IMG/VR virus record: IMGVR_UViG_3300030095_003216
Location: 1 to 30,357 of that record
Origin: a virus
Taxonomy: Duplodnaviria > Caudoviricetes
DNA length: 30,357 nt
Reading direction: 5' to 3' (one strand)
The translations under genes and the position numbers were made by a program. The notes under the pieces were generated by a model. That model was not told the origin of the DNA and did not search any database. It saw nothing but the letters and a program-made list of their open reading frames with translations. This document shows, piece by piece, positions 26,354 to 30,357 of the stretch (within the stretch, counting starts at the first letter, position 1; each line of letters starts with the position of its first letter).

Positions 26354-27792
26354 TAACTATCTCCTCCTGATTCTACATCACAGACAAACTCTGATACACT
26401 TGTAAAGTTTGTAGCTTTAATTGTTATGTATCTACCAAATTCATTGAAGTCTGCTCTAGGTGCTTTACCATCGGTATCTGTAATTGTTTCGTTTGTATAT
26501 GTAGGACTGTCACTTCCTAAGTCTGCTACACCTACTGATATAGTTGTACTGGCAGGTGTTGCATCAGTTTGTACTCGAGTTACTTGTACATAGTCTGTAG
26601 GTTGCGTACCTTCTGTTGGAGGTAAATCGTAGTTACCATGATATGCTCTAGTTGCTAAAGTACTTGCAATAGCTGCACTTATATCTGTTCCAGATGTATC
26701 TCTTTGATGTACTCGACCACTTGCTGCTCCGTAGTAAACCTCGGGTACTGTAACCGTACGGTATTTGTAAAAACCAGAGAAAGCGGATTGAGTAGATTTA
26801 CTCCACACATTATATTGATAATTCCATATTAATACTGCATTAGGTATCTCACTACTACCTGTTGGATAATGTATATTTACTTCTCTGTTTTTATGGTCTG
26901 TCCAACAATACACATTGTTTTTCCATGTAAAATTTAAGTTTGCAAACATATCATTAACAACTGTGTTATCACCTACTGGTTCTACTGCCGAGCCGTTAAA
27001 TAAATATATACCATCATTACTTACAAATAAATGCGAGTTCGGTACATCTGTTACTGCTTTAGGTCCTATAATACCAATTTGTTGTCTAGCTTTTGGTACA
27101 AAGAATAACGGACTGCCTTGGTCTTGTAATGTTACTACACTATCTGATTTATATACTGCTATCATATTATGACCTAATCTTCTGGCTGATATAATAGGAG
27201 CCATAGAATAATCTAAGTCTACAAAGTTTGTATTAGATATTCTGTCATAATCTAAGGAATCCGTGTACAGTACCCGATAAGGTACGGCACCGTCAGTACC
27301 ATCAGTTACATTAAAAAATAATAATCTAGAATTAAATGCTATAATATTTTTTGCTAAAGTAAGGTTTCTACCACTGCTACTTGTATCCCACGATACCGCA
27401 GTAAAGTTACCTGTAGTAGATACTGCAGGTGCATTCTTACCATCTACTCTATAAATAGAATTATTTATTTCTGCAAAGAATACTTTATCACTAGTTGCTC
27501 TAGTAACGCCTTCTGTTATTAAACTTGTATATGCACTACCGTTCCAGCTATATATTCTAGCCTCAGTAGCAACTAACTGTCTTGCAGCCCCGTCATGTCT
27601 TAATTGGTCTGTTACTTCTATTACATCAGATGTTTCTGTTGTTGCAGCAAGTTGGGCATAACCATCTCGTTTAGTCCATTTACCATTCCTGTATACACAA
27701 TCTGTAGCAACTGATAACTGGTTCTCACCTATTAAATGTGATGGTACAGATAAATTTAACCCACCTGATAAATCTTTTATAAACCGTTTCAT
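26353..27792 (-). CDS. tail nozzle / stabilisation protein (tubular protein B / P22 gp10-like beta-propeller)
   Basis: DLSGGLN...KRDG start, DGKNAP, FVSNDGIYLFNG and WNYQYNVWS; beta-rich, in the expected syntenic position. Confidence 0.75.
   Translation of the reverse strand: MKRFIKDLSGGLNLSVPSHLIGENQLSVATDCVYRNGKWTKRDGYAQLAATTETSDVIEVTDQLRHDGAARQLVATEARIYSWNGSAYTSLITEGVTRATSDKVFFAEINNSIYRVDGKNAPAVSTTGNFTAVSWDTSSSGRNLTLAKNIIAFNSRLLFFNVTDGTDGAVPYRVLYTDSLDYDRISNTNFVDLDYSMAPIISARRLGHNMIAVYKSDSVVTLQDQGSPLFFVPKARQQIGIIGPKAVTDVPNSHLFVSNDGIYLFNGSAVEPVGDNTVVNDMFANLNFTWKNNVYCWTDHKNREVNIHYPTGSSEIPNAVLIWNYQYNVWSKSTQSAFSGFYKYRTVTVPEVYYGAASGRVHQRDTSGTDISAAIASTLATRAYHGNYDLPPTEGTQPTDYVQVTRVQTDATPASTTISVGVADLGSDSPTYTNETITDTDGKAPRADFNEFGRYITIKATNFTSVSEFVCDVESGGDS
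26741..26757. repeat. 17-bp palindromic motif copy (TCGGGTACTGTAACCGT)
   Basis: 2 mismatches to consensus. Its inner 15 bp are the exact reverse complement of 5099-5113. Confidence 0.8.
27261..27277. repeat. 17-bp palindromic motif copy (CCGTGTACAGTACCCGA)
   Basis: 2 mismatches to consensus, intragenic. Confidence 0.75.
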
Positions 27793-28214
27793 AAACTTCC
27801 CTCACCACTAACTTCTGTAAAATCACTGCTTGATGCTGCGGTTACTAATGACATGTCTGTACTTGTAGGTGCTACTACTACAGACCAATCTTTGAATACT
27901 ACAAATGAAGTGCCTATTGTTATAGCATCTGCCAGTCCTGTACAGTTTGCTTGTAATGTACATTTTTCTGTACCAAATACTGTAGGGTCAGATAATCCCG
28001 TAGTGTTTGCCTGTAACTTGGATACTTGTGTACCAAATGCAAATGGGTCTGCTAATCCTGTGTTACTAGCTTGTAGCTTAGCTGTAGCTGTACCCAGTGC
28101 CATAGCATCGGATATACCTGTAAGAGCTCCAACTGTTATCTTGTCAGGTAAAAATGTATGTATGTGACCAGCAGCTGTAAACGAAAAGCTACCAGCAAAA
28201 CTTCCTAATGCCAT
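27789..28214 (-). CDS. virion protein with four 20-aa repeats
   Basis: ORF track; TG(L/I)xD...GT....LQA repeats. Confidence 0.75.
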   Translation of the reverse strand: MALGSFAGSFSFTAAGHIHTFLPDKITVGALTGISDAMALGTATAKLQASNTGLADPFAFGTQVSKLQANTTGLSDPTVFGTEKCTLQANCTGLADAITIGTSFVVFKDWSVVVAPTSTDMSLVTAASSSDFTEVSGEGSL

Positions 28215-28541
28215 TTACTCCACCTTATATAATCTATATGTGTATGCTCTATTTGTTCCACCTGTTTTTTCTATTGTCCAAGTAAAATTTTCTGTACTTG
28301 TTATTGGTGGAAAATGATACAATGGTTCATCTTGTGCACCACTAAATGTATCTTTAATCATTACTCTATCATCACTACCAGCAATTCTAACTTTAATTTT
28401 AATTACTATGGTATCTCCAGTAGCGTTGTTAGTCATATCTAAATAACCTGTATATGCTGCATCATCTGTAACAGCTGAACCTATTGTTTGTTCACTACCA
28501 TCGGTAGTAACAGTACCATTTTGTATTGAACTTACTGCCAT
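28215..28541 (-). CDS. small beta-rich putative virion protein
   Basis: ORF track; translationally coupled within the tail block. Confidence 0.75.
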   Translation of the reverse strand: MAVSSIQNGTVTTDGSEQTIGSAVTDDAAYTGYLDMTNNATGDTIVIKIKVRIAGSDDRVMIKDTFSGAQDEPLYHFPPITSTENFTWTIEKTGGTNRAYTYRLYKVE

Positions 28542-28726
28542 TAGTCTGCCTCCGCTATTGTATTACCTGCTTCTACCCATGCTAGTAATTGCCTGTAATC
28601 TTTATTTTGTGTAGTTTTAGGTACAGTAGATAATACACCATCTGTGTAAGTTACCCTGTACTCATTGAGTTCAGTATCTGTATATTCATCTTTAACTTTT
28701 TTTGCTGACTGTATTGTCCTTGCCAT
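28541..28726 (-). CDS. putative tail-fibre chaperone/accessory protein
   Basis: VP....NKDYRQLLAWVEAGNTIAEAD motif of the small genes that commonly follow such fibre genes. Confidence 0.65.
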   Translation of the reverse strand: MARTIQSAKKVKDEYTDTELNEYRVTYTDGVLSTVPKTTQNKDYRQLLAWVEAGNTIAEAD

Positions 28727-30255
28727 TATAGTTCTGCCTCCGCTGTATAGGCATAGTAATATGCCTCACCATTCTCAAATGCACTTGATTTATTTGCAAA
28801 TAAGAACCCTCTATCCATAGTATGCTGAGCTGCTACCCCTGTTACTTTAGCCCCTACATGAATCGGACCGTATACAGCACCTGCAGTGCCGTCTTGATGG
28901 TATATAGTATACGTTGGTGTAGCTCTTTTTAATATCCTAAGCTGTATACCATCTAGGTTACCAACAGTACCACTAAACGTACTACTTGCATTACCATGTA
29001 CTACTTTCTGTCCTTGGTACTGAGAATCTTCTCCCCATGACATACTGGTTTCATAATATCTTTCACAGTCTGCAATTGTTTGTTGTATAGGTTGTCTTTT
29101 GAATCCGTTAGCTGTTGCACTTTTTTCAAGTTGTACATCTGTAATATATAAGAAATCACCTGCATCTGTATCTGTAACTCCTGACCATATAAATACTATA
29201 ATGTTTGCTCCACTACTTGTATCTACTGATACGTTTTCTATTTTGTATTCTGCCCATGATGTTGTAGGATTAAGGTCAGCAGCTGTATTCTCATAGGTAG
29301 CATTAGTAATTAATGTAGGCACAGTTCCTTCTGCTTCCCACGCATTTACTATATCACTTGTTACACTATCGGCTGTTCCTGACCATGTTACTACTGCTGC
29401 TCTAAGGTCATCTAACTTACCACTCCCTGCTACCTTAGCATGAAACTTTAAGCTAACTGTACCACCTATACCTTCATGACAATTAACATTTTCTATTATC
29501 TGAGCTATGCCAAATTTTTTATCTACTGTTTCTACATCTAGTCTTATACTCTTAGCACTACCACCATCTGGTCCATCAGTTTGTTGTGTAACATCTACAA
29601 TGTTGTCTCCATCTGATAATAGTATCCATCTATCTAATGTATAACTATCATCTGCATTTGTTGTAACTGATACGTCATTAACTATTGCATCTGTTATAGT
29701 AATACCTCTTTGTGCTACAACCATGTCACCATTTATAATCATGTTGTAGTCTGCGTTACTAGTACCACCACCACCAGCTTCTGCCCAGGTTAAACCACCT
29801 GTATCTCCACTTTGTGCTGTTAACATATATCCATTACTAGGACTATTAGATACTTTTAAGTTTGCTTCATCTACTATATTATCTGCTATTACTGTAGCTC
29901 CGTCTGCTGTGGATGTAACCTCACCGCTATGATTAGGGTGAGTATATGCGTTAGCTCCATCAGCTACGTTAATCATTGTACGTAAATTAGCTGGTGTAAT
30001 CTCTTCAATTACTCCTGCACTTGCTGAGTCTCTACCTAGTATTCTATCTGTAGCAGATACGTTTTGTATCTTAGCATATGTGACAGCATCATCTGCAATT
30101 TCATCTGTACCCACAGCATTGTCTGCAAGATGTTCATTATCAATACTAGTTGCAGCATAGTGCTCACTATCTAGTGAGTCATCAGCTACTTTTGTACCAT
30201 CAATTGCATCAGCTTCAATCTTAGCTCTTGTTATCTTATTACCTGCTATTGCCAT
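28726..30255 (-). CDS. tail fibre / receptor-binding protein
   Basis: 10-aa N-terminal repeats, AVTYAKIQNVSATDRILGR and YTHPNHSGEVTS, then NMIINGDMVVAQRG...TLDRW...VQLE...CERYYE carbohydrate-binding-like domain. Confidence 0.8.
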   Translation of the reverse strand: MAIAGNKITRAKIEADAIDGTKVADDSLDSEHYAATSIDNEHLADNAVGTDEIADDAVTYAKIQNVSATDRILGRDSASAGVIEEITPANLRTMINVADGANAYTHPNHSGEVTSTADGATVIADNIVDEANLKVSNSPSNGYMLTAQSGDTGGLTWAEAGGGGTSNADYNMIINGDMVVAQRGITITDAIVNDVSVTTNADDSYTLDRWILLSDGDNIVDVTQQTDGPDGGSAKSIRLDVETVDKKFGIAQIIENVNCHEGIGGTVSLKFHAKVAGSGKLDDLRAAVVTWSGTADSVTSDIVNAWEAEGTVPTLITNATYENTAADLNPTTSWAEYKIENVSVDTSSGANIIVFIWSGVTDTDAGDFLYITDVQLEKSATANGFKRQPIQQTIADCERYYETSMSWGEDSQYQGQKVVHGNASSTFSGTVGNLDGIQLRILKRATPTYTIYHQDGTAGAVYGPIHVGAKVTGVAAQHTMDRGFLFANKSSAFENGEAYYYAYTAEAEL

Positions 30256-30356
30256 TATGCTCTCCTTCTTTTTTTAGCTGTTTGTGCTGAACGCCTAAAA
30301 TTAGCAGCTGTTGGTGCTCCTTTACTTCCAGGCTTTCTCATTTTTTCTCCACTACC
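30255..30356 (-). CDS. 3' end of a small, highly basic phage protein (partial)
   Basis: Reads ...GSGEKMRKPGSKGAPTAANFRRSAQTAKKRRRA*, with a TAATG overlap on the fibre start. Truncated by the window edge. Confidence 0.7.
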   Translation of the reverse strand, partial: GSGEKMRKPGSKGAPTAANFRRSAQTAKKRRRA

Positions 30357-30357
30357 T

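Noticed and set aside
1-30357. Stop-codon recoding, tRNAs, introns/inteins, integrase, reverse transcriptase or DGR
   Set aside because: Genes tile densely under the standard code using all three stops. Intergenic gaps are too short, and no such motifs were seen.

Overview
This window is an AT-rich (roughly 35% GC by eye) segment of a tailed bacteriophage genome with podovirus-type organisation. It uses the standard genetic code and has two convergent arms that meet at about 9.4 kb. The left arm (+ strand) carries small early genes behind two sigma70-like promoters and a pyrimidine-dimer glycosylase. These are followed by a DnaB-like helicase, a PD-(D/E)XK endonuclease, a compact primase, a family A DNA polymerase with an apparent degenerate UDG-like N-terminus, an SSB-like protein, a Cas4-like exonuclease and an Hjc-like resolvase. 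The right arm (- strand) carries tail fibre/spike and nozzle genes, a GNAT-like gene, three ejection (internal virion) proteins up to 2269 aa, and a block of membrane, secreted and lysis-like genes. Capsid, portal, terminase and RNA polymerase genes are not in the window. The most striking unexplained signal is a 17-bp palindromic motif (consensus TCGGGTACNGTACCCGA) with at least 10 copies scattered from 1.5 to 27.3 kb. Eight copies lie inside unrelated genes, in different frames, and force GC-rich codons. Two overlap stop-codon/Shine-Dalgarno junctions. This suggests a genome-wide array of binding sites for an unidentified dimeric protein. All family assignments come from motif recognition by eye, not from database searches.
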